NCBI GenBank assembly: GCA_002869145.1
Contig: PKTM01000027.1
Location: 134,243-198,242 of the forward strand
Source: Denitrovibrio sp.
Lineage (GTDB): Bacteria > Chrysiogenota > Deferribacteres > Deferribacterales > Geovibrionaceae
Length of the DNA: 64,000 nucleotides
Direction: 5' to 3'
Below are positions 1 through 9,702 of this stretch, piece after piece. Below the pieces are notes generated by a model. The model was not told the origin of the DNA. It was given only the letters and a program-made list of their open reading frames with translations, and ran no database searches. Position 1 is the stretch's first letter. Each line of letters begins with the position of its first letter. The translations under genes and the position numbers were made by a program.

Positions 1-2207
1 GTTTGAGGAGCGCCTTCGAGCTCTTTAGCATCGTAAGTCATTATTCTGATAGCAGCGTGCGGACATACAAATGAGCAGATAGCACACTGTATGCAAAGCT
101 CTGGCTCCCACTCAGGAATAGTTACAGCGATGTTACGTTTTTCGAATCTTGCAGTTGAAAGCGGGAAAGTTCCATCATCAGGAAGCTGAGAAACTTTTAC
201 TTCGTCCCCTCTCATAGCAACAAGCTTAGATGTTGTTGTTTTAACAAAATCAGTTGCTTTAGGGTCTGTAACACAGTTACCGAGAAGAGGGAATACTATA
301 GTGTCTTCAGAAACTTTCTGCCCTTCGCCAGGGTAGTTAACAGCTTCGAGCTTAGTAGCGCCTGCATCTGCTGCGTCATTGTTCATTTTAACAACTTTAT
401 CGCCGTATCTGCCGTATGATTTCTTGTTAGCATCTTTAATGGAGCCGAGTGCGTCCTCGAAAGGAACTATACCGGAAATTTTGAAAAATGCAGTCTGGAG
501 AACTACGTTGTATCTCTGACCAAGGCCTAGTTTCACAGCAACGTCTACAGCGTTTATAGTGTAAACTTTAGCCTGTTTGGCTACAATTTGCCTTTGAACT
601 ATCTCTGGGATGTGATTCCAGATATCATCAGCAGAGTACTGGCTGTTAATAAGGAACACGCCGCCTGGATTAAGATACTGAAGCATGTCGTATTTCTCGA
701 GGAATGAGAAGTTGTGGCAAGCTACAAAGTCGGCCTTCTGAACAAGGTAGGAAGACTTAATGTCTTTCTTACCGAATCTAAGGTGAGACGTTGTCATGGA
801 GCCTGCTTTCTTTGAGTCATATACGAAATAAGCCTGAATAGTGTTATCTGTCAGGTCGCCGATGATTTTAGCTGTGTTTTTGTTAGCGCCAACTGTACCG
901 TCAGAACCAAGTCCAAAGAACATAGCGTTGTATACGCCGTCCTGAGGTGTGAGCCAGTTAGGATCGTATTTGAGTGAAAGATTTGTTACATCATCTTCGA
1001 TACCAACTGTGAAACCGTTTATAGGGTTTTCTGCGTCAAGGTTGTCGAAAACAGCCTTAACATGAGCAGGTGTAAATTCTTTAGAACCAAGACCGTAGCG
1101 GCCGCCGAGAACTGTTGGCCAGCCTTTGCCTTTGTAAGTCTTTTTCTGCATAGCTTCGCCGATAGCTGTACGAACATCAAGGTACATTGGCTCACCAATA
1201 GAGCCAGGCTCTTTTGTTCTGTCGAGAACTACCAGTTTATTCGCAGTTGCAGGGAGAGCATCTATGAATGCATCAAGCGGGAACGGTCTGTAAAGTCTGA
1301 TCTTAATAAGACCGACTTTCTCGCCACATGCGTTCATGTATTCTACAGCTTCCTCAGCAACGTCTGCACAGGAACCCATAATAATGAGTACTTTTTCAGC
1401 ATCAGGTGCGCCAACATAGTCTACAAGGTTGTAAGAACGACCTGTCATTTCAGCAAATTTATCCATCTGCTTCTGCATGATGCCGTTGAAAGCCATGTAG
1501 TATTTGTTTATTGTCTCTTTCGCCTGAAAGAAAACGTCAGGGTTTTGAGATGTACCTTTTATAGTAGGACAGTCAGGGTTAAGAGCTCTTTTTCTGTGGT
1601 TTCTTACAAGCTCATCATCTATCATAGTCCTCATTTCTTCCATGGTCAGTTCAACAGTGGAGCGAAGCTCATGAGATGTTCTGAAACCATCGAAGTAGTG
1701 AAGAACAGGAATACGGCTTTCAAGAGAAGCTGCCTGAGCTATCAGTGCGAAGTCCATTGTTTCCTGTGGGTTGTTTGAGCAAAGCATAGACCAGCCGGTT
1801 TGGCGGCAGGCCATAACGTCGGAGTGATCACCGAAGATTGAAAGCGCATGTGTTGCAAGAGCACGGGCACTAACATGGAAAACGGTCGGTGTAAGCTCCC
1901 CTGCAATCTTATACATGTTAGGTATCATAAGCAGAAGACCCTGTGATGCTGTAAATGTTGTTGTGAGTGCACCTGCGGAGAGAGCACCGTGAACAGCACC
2001 TGAAGCACCGCCTTCTGATTGAAGCTCTACCACTTTAGGAATAGAACCCCATATGTTTGTTTCGCCCATAGCAGACTTTTCGTCTGATATTTCACCCATA
2101 ACAGATGAAGGGGTGATCGGATATATCGCTATGACCTCGTTCGTTGCGTGGGCAACGTGGGCGGCAGCGGTATTACCGTCAATGATTACTTTTTTGTTTT
2201 GAGACAT
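1..2207 (-). CDS. nifJ: pyruvate:ferredoxin (flavodoxin) oxidoreductase, N-terminal ~735 aa (C-terminus lies beyond window start)
   Basis: The minus-strand translation starts at 2207 with MSQNKKVIIDGNTAAAHVAHATNEV, the PFOR N-terminus. Near position 1 it reads WEPELCIQCAICSFVCPHAAIR, the PFOR 4Fe-4S ferredoxin-type Cys motifs. The reading frame runs uninterrupted to the window edge. It is absent from the ORF track because it has no stop in the window. Confidence 0.85.
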   Translation of the reverse strand, partial: MSQNKKVIIDGNTAAAHVAHATNEVIAIYPITPSSVMGEISDEKSAMGETNIWGSIPKVVELQSEGGASGAVHGALSAGALTTTFTASQGLLLMIPNMYKIAGELTPTVFHVSARALATHALSIFGDHSDVMACRQTGWSMLCSNNPQETMDFALIAQAASLESRIPVLHYFDGFRTSHELRSTVELTMEEMRTMIDDELVRNHRKRALNPDCPTIKGTSQNPDVFFQAKETINKYYMAFNGIMQKQMDKFAEMTGRSYNLVDYVGAPDAEKVLIIMGSCADVAEEAVEYMNACGEKVGLIKIRLYRPFPLDAFIDALPATANKLVVLDRTKEPGSIGEPMYLDVRTAIGEAMQKKTYKGKGWPTVLGGRYGLGSKEFTPAHVKAVFDNLDAENPINGFTVGIEDDVTNLSLKYDPNWLTPQDGVYNAMFFGLGSDGTVGANKNTAKIIGDLTDNTIQAYFVYDSKKAGSMTTSHLRFGKKDIKSSYLVQKADFVACHNFSFLEKYDMLQYLNPGGVFLINSQYSADDIWNHIPEIVQRQIVAKQAKVYTINAVDVAVKLGLGQRYNVVLQTAFFKISGIVPFEDALGSIKDANKKSYGRYGDKVVKMNNDAADAGATKLEAVNYPGEGQKVSEDTIVFPLLGNCVTDPKATDFVKTTTSKLVAMRGDEVKVSQLPDDGTFPLSTARFEKRNIAVTIPEWEPELCIQCAICSFVCPHAAIRIMTYDAKELEGAPQ

Positions 2208-2361
2208 ACCATCACTCCTTATTTAGATGACTAAAAATATGTTTTTAAGCTATATTTGTGTAATTGTGAGTTAATCGTGATGACTACTATACATTTTTCC
2301 TATATCTCCGTCAACAATATTTCTGTTTCTTTACTTGGCAAGTTAGGATATACTCTTTGCT

Positions 2362-3138
2362 ATGAAGCAAATAATACAAAAACTAGGTAGCTGGGCTATC
2401 GATACGTCATTGTTTTATTTTGGATACCTTAACTTTACCCTTAATTTCATTAAAGGGTGCTTCAACAGACACCTTCTGAACCCCTCTGTGAAGCTGGTTT
2501 TCTTTAGGCAGATATATTTCACCGGTGTACAGATTCTTCCAATGTTTTCAATTATATCAATCATTATGGGACTCGCTCTGGTTGGCGGTTTGACAAATTT
2601 TATGGTTCAGTTTGGAGCTCAGGACAGAGTGGGTGATGTTCTAGTTATACTGACCGTAAAACAGCTAGCTCCGCTTCTTACAGCGATACTTTTAACTCTT
2701 CGCACATCCACAGCTGTAACGGCTGAAATAGCACTTATGAAAATGAACAGAGAGGTAGAAACACTTAAGTCTCTTTCAATCAACCCTTTTGTCTATCTTT
2801 ACATCCCTAGAATACTCTCTGGGATAGTGTGTCTAGGGGCGTTGTCGACTATTTTTGTCTACATTGCTATACTGGGCGGATATATGATTCTAAGCTTTAA
2901 TCTGAACATATCATTCGATTTTCTAATACAGACTATTTTTGACGCATTTACTTTTAAAACTGTATTGGTATTTCTAATAAAGGTAGTTCTTCTTGGGTAT
3001 TTCATAATGTCAATTCCAATCTATAGTGCGCTCCAGGTGGACAATGCAGTCACAGAAATACCTATAGCACTTCTTAAGGGTATGGTTAGACTTTTCTATG
3101 CAATTATACTGGTAGAAGTGTTAGGGGTGTTAATATGA
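2362..3138 (+). CDS. mlaE: MlaE-family ABC transporter permease (phospholipid/MCE-type transport)
   Basis: Polytopic membrane protein with the MlaE/Ttg2B-like conserved core (LTLRTSTAVTAEIALMKMNREVETL). Sits in an operon with an MCE protein. Confidence 0.75.
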   Translation: MKQIIQKLGSWAIDTSLFYFGYLNFTLNFIKGCFNRHLLNPSVKLVFFRQIYFTGVQILPMFSIISIIMGLALVGGLTNFMVQFGAQDRVGDVLVILTVKQLAPLLTAILLTLRTSTAVTAEIALMKMNREVETLKSLSINPFVYLYIPRILSGIVCLGALSTIFVYIAILGGYMILSFNLNISFDFLIQTIFDAFTFKTVLVFLIKVVLLGYFIMSIPIYSALQVDNAVTEIPIALLKGMVRLFYAIILVEVLGVLI

Positions 3139-3563
3139 ATAATAAGTACCTCATATACTATCCTAAATCAACCGTACGTGATGAATGGTATGACACCCTT
3201 ATGACGTATGCAAATAGAACAAAAATCGGAATTGTTTCATATTTGACGCCAATAATCGGAAATCTATCTGTTTCAGAAAATATTCTTGTGGCGGCTTACT
3301 ACCATCACAGAACCTCTTATAAAGAAGGCCGGAAGATGGTTGAAGCCGATTTAAAGAAGTACAATATGGAGCATCATATTGATTCCAGAAGCAACCACCT
3401 TAATGGTTATGAGCGTTTTATTGTTAAATATCTTCAGGTAAAATATCTTGTGCCGGAGTGGATTGTTTTTTTAAGTTCCAGAAGTATGTACATTGCCGAG
3501 TATGAGTACCGGATTCATGAATTTTTACGTTGTGAAGATATAGATAAATCGGTTATTATTTAG
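3135..3563 (+). CDS. degenerate ABC ATPase (MlaF-like) fragment lacking Walker A, with altered signature and Walker B
   Basis: The start overlaps the mlaE stop (ATGA). The segment KIGIVSYLTPIIGNLSVSENI aligns to the post-Walker-A region of MlaF (RMSMLFQSGALFTDMNVFDNV). The signature LSGGM appears as LNGYE, and Walker B LIMFDEP appears as IVFLSSR. There is no GxxGxGKS/T and no H-loop. Confidence 0.55.
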   Translation: MNNKYLIYYPKSTVRDEWYDTLMTYANRTKIGIVSYLTPIIGNLSVSENILVAAYYHHRTSYKEGRKMVEADLKKYNMEHHIDSRSNHLNGYERFIVKYLQVKYLVPEWIVFLSSRSMYIAEYEYRIHEFLRCEDIDKSVII

Positions 3564-3625
3564 CATGAGTCTAATCGCGGACTCTTTAGTGATATGCCGG
3601 AGTATGAAGAGAGGGATTTTAACAA

Positions 3626-4645
3626 ATGGGTGACCCAAGATTTAAGAATCTAGAACTAAAAGTCGGATTTTTCATATTTACTGCCATATTAATGATACTT
3701 TTTATGGTGGTAGGCTTCCTTATTACTCAGGATGTTTTCACAAGTAAAGTGAAAGTTACTTTTATCGCTGACTCCGGTGAAGGACTATCCAAAAGCATGC
3801 CTGTTATGTATTCCGGATTTCAGATAGCCAAAGTTCATAAGATAGAGCTCCGAGATGATGGTCTTGTGGAATTGCGAGCTAATATACCTGAAAGATATAA
3901 TAAATGGGTAAAGGAAGATTCTGAGGCTAGGATACAGGCCCAGGGTGTAATAGGTGCTAACGCACTTGTTTTTCACGGCGGAACATCAGGCACTCCCGTT
4001 ATCAGCGACGGGCAGTCCTATAAGCTCAAACGTGACAAACCCGTAACAGATATCATACTTAAAGTAGAACCTATGATAGATGACATTAAACATATTCTGG
4101 AGAATGTAGACAAGGTTACTAAGTCAATTTCTGATAAACGCCCAAAGATAGAAAGCCTTCTTGATGGTGTTGGCGCTGTTGGCAGTGACCTCGAAAATAA
4201 AGAAGGTTCAGTTGGATACCTTGTAAGGTCGGACTATTTGAAAGACGAAATATCAAAGATAATATCAAAAGTTAAAATAATAGAAGATAACGTTGAAAAG
4301 ATTACGAAGGCTGTGAATGCAAGGGTTGATGAGGCAAAACCAGTTGTAAAGAGCTTTGATGAAGGGCTGATTGCCATTAAAGAGGGCTCAGAAAAGATAG
4401 GTAATTTTGCTGCAAACCTGGATAAAACTGTGGATACTACGGTAACAAAGATACAGCCCACACTTGAAAATACAAATAAGATCACTAGTTATATAGCTGG
4501 GAATACCGCTGATCTTGCTGATTTGCGCAAGCAGACAGATGAGATTCTCAACACTACAAATCGGATACTTCTTAATCTTGAAGAGAAGTGGCCTTTTGAT
4601 TCTGGCAAAGGCAGGAAGGCTGGTGAAAAGGTGGATCTGCCATGA
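3626..4645 (+). CDS. mlaD: MCE-domain protein (MlaD/PqiB-like) with C-terminal coiled-coil extension
   Basis: N-terminal TM helix followed by an MCE domain (VTFIADSGEGLSKSMPVMYSGFQIAKVHKIELRDDG...RANIPERY). Long helical C-terminus. Confidence 0.75.
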   Translation: MGDPRFKNLELKVGFFIFTAILMILFMVVGFLITQDVFTSKVKVTFIADSGEGLSKSMPVMYSGFQIAKVHKIELRDDGLVELRANIPERYNKWVKEDSEARIQAQGVIGANALVFHGGTSGTPVISDGQSYKLKRDKPVTDIILKVEPMIDDIKHILENVDKVTKSISDKRPKIESLLDGVGAVGSDLENKEGSVGYLVRSDYLKDEISKIISKVKIIEDNVEKITKAVNARVDEAKPVVKSFDEGLIAIKEGSEKIGNFAANLDKTVDTTVTKIQPTLENTNKITSYIAGNTADLADLRKQTDEILNTTNRILLNLEEKWPFDSGKGRKAGEKVDLP

Positions 4646-5250
4646 GACATTTTTGTATGATAACACTTATTATTTCTCTGATGGTAGTCTTTAGCTGTTG
4701 CAGCAAACCTGCCAAATCCCCTGATTTTTTATATGGCAGTAAGCTTTACAATAATTTTACGAATTATTATTTAAAAGGTGAACCTGAACTGGCAGAAATG
4801 GCCTTTGCCAAAGCAGAGTACCAGTTTCTGAAAATGGATGCCATGTGTAACCTTTCTCGCATTTATATTGGTAGATATGTGCTGGATGAAGATAACTCAG
4901 AGTATAATGTTTTAGCCAAGGCAAAAGAGTACGGTAAACTAGGGGATTGTTCTTCAGAACTTGAGGCTATACGGTATCTTTCCGGTGAAAAGTATGATAA
5001 AACATTATTGCCTGCCCCTTATAATATTTTGGCAGGGGCGGATAATGAAAAGCTTGTAAGTATTTCTGAAGACAAGGAAACATCGGATTATACTAAAACA
5101 AGACTTTTGCGTAAAGTCGCTATTGATTATTTAGTGACCGATCCTGAAAAATCTTTTGAGCTTGCAGGAAAGGCACTTGTAATAGATAAGTTTAACGGAT
5201 GGAGCCTTAACATACTGAGGGATCTCATTATTGTTAAGATAGCTCTTTAG
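4642..5250 (+). CDS. lipoprotein, probable ABC-transport auxiliary component (PqiC/YmbA, DUF330-like)
   Basis: Signal peptide with lipobox (VVFSCCS). About 200 aa. The start overlaps the MCE gene stop. Position after the MCE gene matches PqiC-like lipoproteins. Confidence 0.45.
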   Translation: MRHFCMITLIISLMVVFSCCSKPAKSPDFLYGSKLYNNFTNYYLKGEPELAEMAFAKAEYQFLKMDAMCNLSRIYIGRYVLDEDNSEYNVLAKAKEYGKLGDCSSELEAIRYLSGEKYDKTLLPAPYNILAGADNEKLVSISEDKETSDYTKTRLLRKVAIDYLVTDPEKSFELAGKALVIDKFNGWSLNILRDLIIVKIAL

Positions 5251-5370
5251 AAGCAAGGTAAAGAAACAGAAGAAATAATTAAGAGAATAGATCTTATAAA
5301 AGTCTCGCTGGGTAAAAAGTAATCAGTCTATGGTTAAATTTTAATCATTGACATGTGCAGAAAGCTTTGA

Positions 5371-5784
<414 letters not shown>

Positions 5785-5821
5785 GAATTAGCAATAAAAA
5801 ACAGGCTTTTTAGGAGGCAAA

Positions 5822-7228
5822 ATGACACCGACAAATGCAATCAAATTTATTGAAGATAACGGAGCTAAGCTCGTTGACTTCAGGTTTACTGACTTTCTTG
5901 GACAGTGGCAGCACACTACTGTTACAGCTCACGAAATTACAGAGGACATCTTTGAAGATGGTCTCGGTTTCGATGGCTCCTCTATAAGAGGCTGGCAGGC
6001 AATTAATAACTCTGACATGATTATGCTCCCAGATTCTGCAACAATCAAAATGGATCCTTATACAGAGATCCCTACAGCATACATGATCTGTAATATTTTT
6101 GACCCTATCAGCAAAGAGCGTTATTCAAAAGATCCTAGAAACATCGCTAACAAAGCTATCAAATATCTTCAGTCCACTGGACTTGCTGATACTGCTTACT
6201 TTGGACCAGAGGCTGAGTTCTTCTGCTTCGATAACGTACAGTACGATACAACTAAGAACACATCCTACGTATTTCTCGATTCTGAGGAAGGCGACTGGAA
6301 CACTGGAGCTGAAGGCCGCAACCTTGGCTACAAGATTAGACCAAAAGAGGGATACTTCCCAGTACCACCTCTTGACAGCCTTTTCAACATGCGTAACGAA
6401 ATGGTTATCACAATGGAAGAGCAGGGTCTTTATATTGAAAACTCACACCACGAAGTTTCTTCAGGTGGTCAGTGTGAAATCGATATGAGATTCAGTGACA
6501 TGGTAAGCATGTGTGATGATCTTCAGACATTCAAATACATAGTTAAAAATACAGCTTGTAAATACGGCAAGTCTGCTACATTTATGCCTAAGCCGCTCTT
6601 TAATGACAACGGCTCCGGTATGCACGTTCACCAGTCACTCTGGAAAGATGGTAAACCTCTTTTCGCAGGAGAAGAGTACGCAGGTCTTAGTGATATGGCT
6701 CTTTACTACATCGGTGGTGTAATAAAGCATGCTCACACAATAGCAGCTTTCACAAACCCAACAACAAACTCTTACAAGAGACTTGTTCCAGGTTTTGAGG
6801 CTCCTGTTTCTCTTGCTTATTCATCCAGAAACAGATCTGCTTCTATGCGTATCCCAATGTACAGCCCATCACCAAAGGCTAAACGTGTAGAGCTCAGATT
6901 CCCAGACCCAATGGCTAACCCATACCTTGCTTTTACAGTAATGTTGATGGCTGGTCTTGACGGAATCCAGAACAAGATCGATCCAGGTGAGCCAATGGAC
7001 AAGAACCTTTACGATCTTGATCCAATCGAACTTTCATCTATCCCACAGATGCCTTCTTCACTTGAGCAGTCAATTAATGCTCTTGAGAAAAATCACGACT
7101 TCCTTCTTAAAGGAGACGTTTTCACAGAAGATGCCATCGCTAGCTGGATTGAGTGGAAGAGAGATGAGATTGCTGGTCTTAACTCCAGACCTCATCCATA
7201 CGAATTCTTCATGTACTACGACAACTAA
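5822..7228 (+). CDS. glnA: glutamine synthetase type I
   Basis: 468 aa with GSI motifs (the NPY adenylylation-loop region, and the DMIMLPD, CEIDMRF and MHVHQSL regions). An AGGAGG RBS precedes the start. Confidence 0.9.
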   Translation: MTPTNAIKFIEDNGAKLVDFRFTDFLGQWQHTTVTAHEITEDIFEDGLGFDGSSIRGWQAINNSDMIMLPDSATIKMDPYTEIPTAYMICNIFDPISKERYSKDPRNIANKAIKYLQSTGLADTAYFGPEAEFFCFDNVQYDTTKNTSYVFLDSEEGDWNTGAEGRNLGYKIRPKEGYFPVPPLDSLFNMRNEMVITMEEQGLYIENSHHEVSSGGQCEIDMRFSDMVSMCDDLQTFKYIVKNTACKYGKSATFMPKPLFNDNGSGMHVHQSLWKDGKPLFAGEEYAGLSDMALYYIGGVIKHAHTIAAFTNPTTNSYKRLVPGFEAPVSLAYSSRNRSASMRIPMYSPSPKAKRVELRFPDPMANPYLAFTVMLMAGLDGIQNKIDPGEPMDKNLYDLDPIELSSIPQMPSSLEQSINALEKNHDFLLKGDVFTEDAIASWIEWKRDEIAGLNSRPHPYEFFMYYDN

Positions 7229-7236
7229 GATCAAAA

Positions 7237-7267
7237 GGGCTGCTCAAGAGAGCAGCCCTTTTTTTTC
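7237..7267 (+). terminator. rho-independent terminator after glnA
   Basis: GGGCTGCTC-aagag-AGCAGCCC stem-loop followed by a T8 run. Confidence 0.8.
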
Positions 7268-7286
7268 GATTAAAACCTTCGGTTCT

Positions 7287-7313
7287 TTCCGTGAGGCACA
7301 TCCTGTGCCTTGA
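7287..7313 (-). repeat. REP-like hairpin element (core AAGGCACA-N-GATGTGCCTCACG), reversed copy
   Basis: cgtgaggcacatcCtgtgcctt matches the reverse complement of the hairpin core inside both 113-bp tandem repeats at 32111-32336 in 21 of 22 positions. It forms a 7-bp stem AGGCACA/TGTGCCT. Confidence 0.6.
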
Positions 7314-7353
7314 AATCCGTTGCTTAAATTATTTTTATTTATTAAAGTGCATT

Positions 7354-7575
7354 ATGGAAAATAACCCTAAAGACCGTTTACACGGAATCACACTCGAAAC
7401 AGTATTGACTAAGCTCGAAGCTCACTACGGATGGGAAAGGCTTGGCGAAAAGATAAAAATTAAATGTTTTACTGATAATCCCAGTATAAAATCCAGCCTT
7501 AAATTTCTACGCAAAACTCCCTGGGCAAGAGCCAAGGTAGAAGATCTTTACCTCATTACTAGATTCCGAGGGTAA
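7354..7575 (+). CDS. small conserved hypothetical protein (DUF2132/VF530-like, assignment uncertain)
   Basis: [39 protein letters not shown]... The upstream in-frame ATG (7291) adds an implausible Cys-rich leader, so the true start is probably 7354. Confidence 0.5.
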   Translation: MENNPKDRLHGITLETVLTKLEAHYGWERLGEKIKIKCFTDNPSIKSSLKFLRKTPWARAKVEDLYLITRFRG

Positions 7576-7581
7576 AACAGC

Positions 7582-8400
7582 ATGAAAATAACCATCATAG
7601 CGGACAACTATGTTGATACTGCCTGTCTGGTTGCTGAGCACGGTTTCTCCTGTTTGATCGAAACAGTCAACAAGAAGATTCTGTTTGATACTGGTCAGGG
7701 GAGTGTGCTGATCAATAACATACGTGCTCTTAATATTTTTGAAGATATCGATATGATAGTTTTGTCACATGGACACTACGACCATACAGGCGGCTTATCA
7801 GCACATCTGGATGAGCTTTCAGGGTACTGTTATGATATTTTTGCCAGTGAGTTCATTTTTGACAAACATTTAAAAAAATCCGGCGACAGCTTTGACAACA
7901 TAGGTTTCAAATCAGACAGAAGTTCTGTCGAGCAGAAATTTAAACTTCACCTTAATTCAGACCTTAAACAGATTTCAGAAAATATATTTTTATCAGGCTC
8001 AATAATCCGTACAGAAAAGTTTAATGCAGATAGCCTGCTTTATGCGAAAGTTGATGGTGAATATGTTAAAGATATATTTCGAGACGAACAATATATGGTG
8101 GTAAAAGAGGAAGAAGGTATTCATGTTATCACCGGATGTACCCATTGCGGTGTGGTTAATCTTTTAAATGATGTAAAATCAAAATTTATTGGTTATAAAA
8201 TATTATCATTAACCGGCGGACTGCATATGTTCCGATCAGCCCATTCTCAGATTGAACATGTGGTCAGTTTTATTGAGTCTGAGCAGATAAAAGTGATTAA
8301 TACCGGTCACTGCACTGGGCTTGAGGCATCAATGCTGATGAAACAAAAGCTTGGTGATAGGGTTAACATTACAAAATCAGGAGCAGTCTACGAGCTCTGA
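7582..8400 (+). CDS. MBL-fold metallo-hydrolase
   Basis: HGHYDHTGG metal-binding motif. 272 aa. Confidence 0.7.
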   Translation: MKITIIADNYVDTACLVAEHGFSCLIETVNKKILFDTGQGSVLINNIRALNIFEDIDMIVLSHGHYDHTGGLSAHLDELSGYCYDIFASEFIFDKHLKKSGDSFDNIGFKSDRSSVEQKFKLHLNSDLKQISENIFLSGSIIRTEKFNADSLLYAKVDGEYVKDIFRDEQYMVVKEEEGIHVITGCTHCGVVNLLNDVKSKFIGYKILSLTGGLHMFRSAHSQIEHVVSFIESEQIKVINTGHCTGLEASMLMKQKLGDRVNITKSGAVYEL

Positions 8401-8708
8401 TCTTTTTTTACGCTGTCCTCGTACTTTTTCATAATCTCTTCGGTTTCACTGAGGGGTTCTCGCTTCTCAAGGTCGCTTCCGCCGCATGTATTGCATATGT
8501 TTTTTGTCATAACAAACCAGACCACAGAAACCAGCATAGCAGGAATGCCTATAACAGTGCCAAAGAATGGTACAATAGAGAAAAATATGGCTGATATTGC
8601 CAAAGCAATTGCCGCATAATAGTTCTTTTTCGCCACATCAACAGTTTTGTTACAGTCCTTACACCATCTTTCACTCATATATTCTTCTATCAAATATACC
8701 GCCAACAT
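8388..8708 (-). CDS. small membrane protein with CxxC...CxxC zinc ribbon and 2 TM helices
   Basis: CKDCNK ... CNTCGG pairs flank two hydrophobic helices. No family recognised. Confidence 0.45.
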   Translation of the reverse strand: MLAVYLIEEYMSERWCKDCNKTVDVAKKNYYAAIALAISAIFFSIVPFFGTVIGIPAMLVSVVWFVMTKNICNTCGGSDLEKREPLSETEEIMKKYEDSVKKDQSS

Positions 8709-8867
8709 ATCAAGTTATTAATTCCTCATATTATACAACTGTCTTTATAACACACTTAAACATATTACTTTTTTTCGTTCTGTATAATTTGCTCTACGAA
8801 GAGAAACAGCCTCCTGAAAGGTATAGGGGCAGACATGCGCTGCCCCTCTCTTCAAATTGAGGTAAAT

Positions 8868-9326
8868 ATGCAAGAAACAGTCAGACGTATAAAAATTTTT
8901 GAGGGATACAGTGGTAAGCCCTATAGATGCTCAGCAGGTAAATGGACTGTTGGTTATGGATACAATTTCGAAGAACGCAGTTTTTCAACAGATGTACTGG
9001 TTCAGATACTTAACGAAGGTTTTACACAGGAACTAGCTGAAAAACTGCTGATTTTAGATGTTAAAGAGATCATCAGAACTTTATACAGGGAATTCCCATT
9101 TTACAAAAAACTAGATGAAGCTAGGCGATTTGTTGTCACAGATATGGTTTACCAGCTAGGTCTTAGTGGCTTTGGTGAATTCAAGAAGACCCTAAGAGCA
9201 TTGGAATCGGAGAATTTCACACTTGCATCACAAGAGATGAAAGACAGTCTTTGGTACAGACAGTCAGGGCGCAGAAGCAGAATAAACAAAGACCAGATGT
9301 TAACAGGCATCTGGCAGGAGATATAA
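8868..9326 (+). CDS. GH24 (T4-type) lysozyme/muramidase homolog
   Basis: IKIFEGYSGKPYRCSAGKWTVGYGYN aligns to T4L [29 protein letters not shown], and the C-terminus WYRQSGRRSRINKDQMLTGIW aligns to T4L [21 protein letters not shown]. A GAGGT RBS sits 5 nt before the ATG at 8868. Confidence 0.7.
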   Translation: MQETVRRIKIFEGYSGKPYRCSAGKWTVGYGYNFEERSFSTDVLVQILNEGFTQELAEKLLILDVKEIIRTLYREFPFYKKLDEARRFVVTDMVYQLGLSGFGEFKKTLRALESENFTLASQEMKDSLWYRQSGRRSRINKDQMLTGIWQEI

Positions 9327-9511
9327 ATGATAACAACACTTTCGAAGGTTTTTTTAGGTGTGCTTACAAAAGTCTTTTATGCTTTTTTTACGGAAAGGCT
9401 CATATCAAAACTTATTGTAGAGCTGCTCAGAATGCTTGCAAAGAAGACAACAAATACCATAGACGATAACATGGTTAGCGAGATAGCTTCAAATCTGAAG
9501 ATATAAAGAAA

Positions 9512-9538
9512 GGGCAGCCTTGCAAGCTGCCCTTTTTT
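9512..9538. terminator. bidirectional rho-independent terminator
   Basis: GGGCAGCcttgcaaGCTGCCC with T6 downstream and A-rich upstream. It lies between convergent genes. Confidence 0.7.
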
Positions 9539-9702
9539 AACTTAACTCTGATCACCAAGCTGACTTTTAGAGTTATCAACATTGTCGAAAATTGTTTCGT
9601 AAGGGTCAATGATTTCATGTGAGTAGGTTATGCCGTCTGAGTTGTAAGCATATGTAGTAATAGTGTATGGTTTGGCGGGTTAAACGTAATGCAATTAAAA
9701 AT

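Noticed and set aside
1062-1778. 238-aa plus-strand ORF
   Set aside because: It lies entirely within the minus-strand PFOR gene, which has strong family signatures, and its own product is low-complexity with no homolog-like features. It is a shadow ORF.
6099-7313. Plus- and minus-strand ORFs of 60-130 aa overlapping glnA
   Set aside because: They sit in alternative frames of a highly conserved glnA coding region and are composition artefacts.
8388-9326. Prophage remnant, because of the T4-type lysozyme
   Set aside because: No integrase, holin, terminase or structural genes are nearby. The flanks are ordinary chromosomal genes with normal operon structure.
9251-9469. 72-aa ORF overlapping the lysozyme 3' end
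   Set aside because: It overlaps the well-supported lysozyme C-terminus in another frame, has no RBS and a basic junk-like sequence.
9540-9702. Possible ~77-aa minus-strand ORF across the 9512-9538 terminator
   Set aside because: It is not in the provided ORF track, so my hand translation is probably wrong. Even if real it would have to read through a strong intrinsic terminator hairpin. No RBS is evident.
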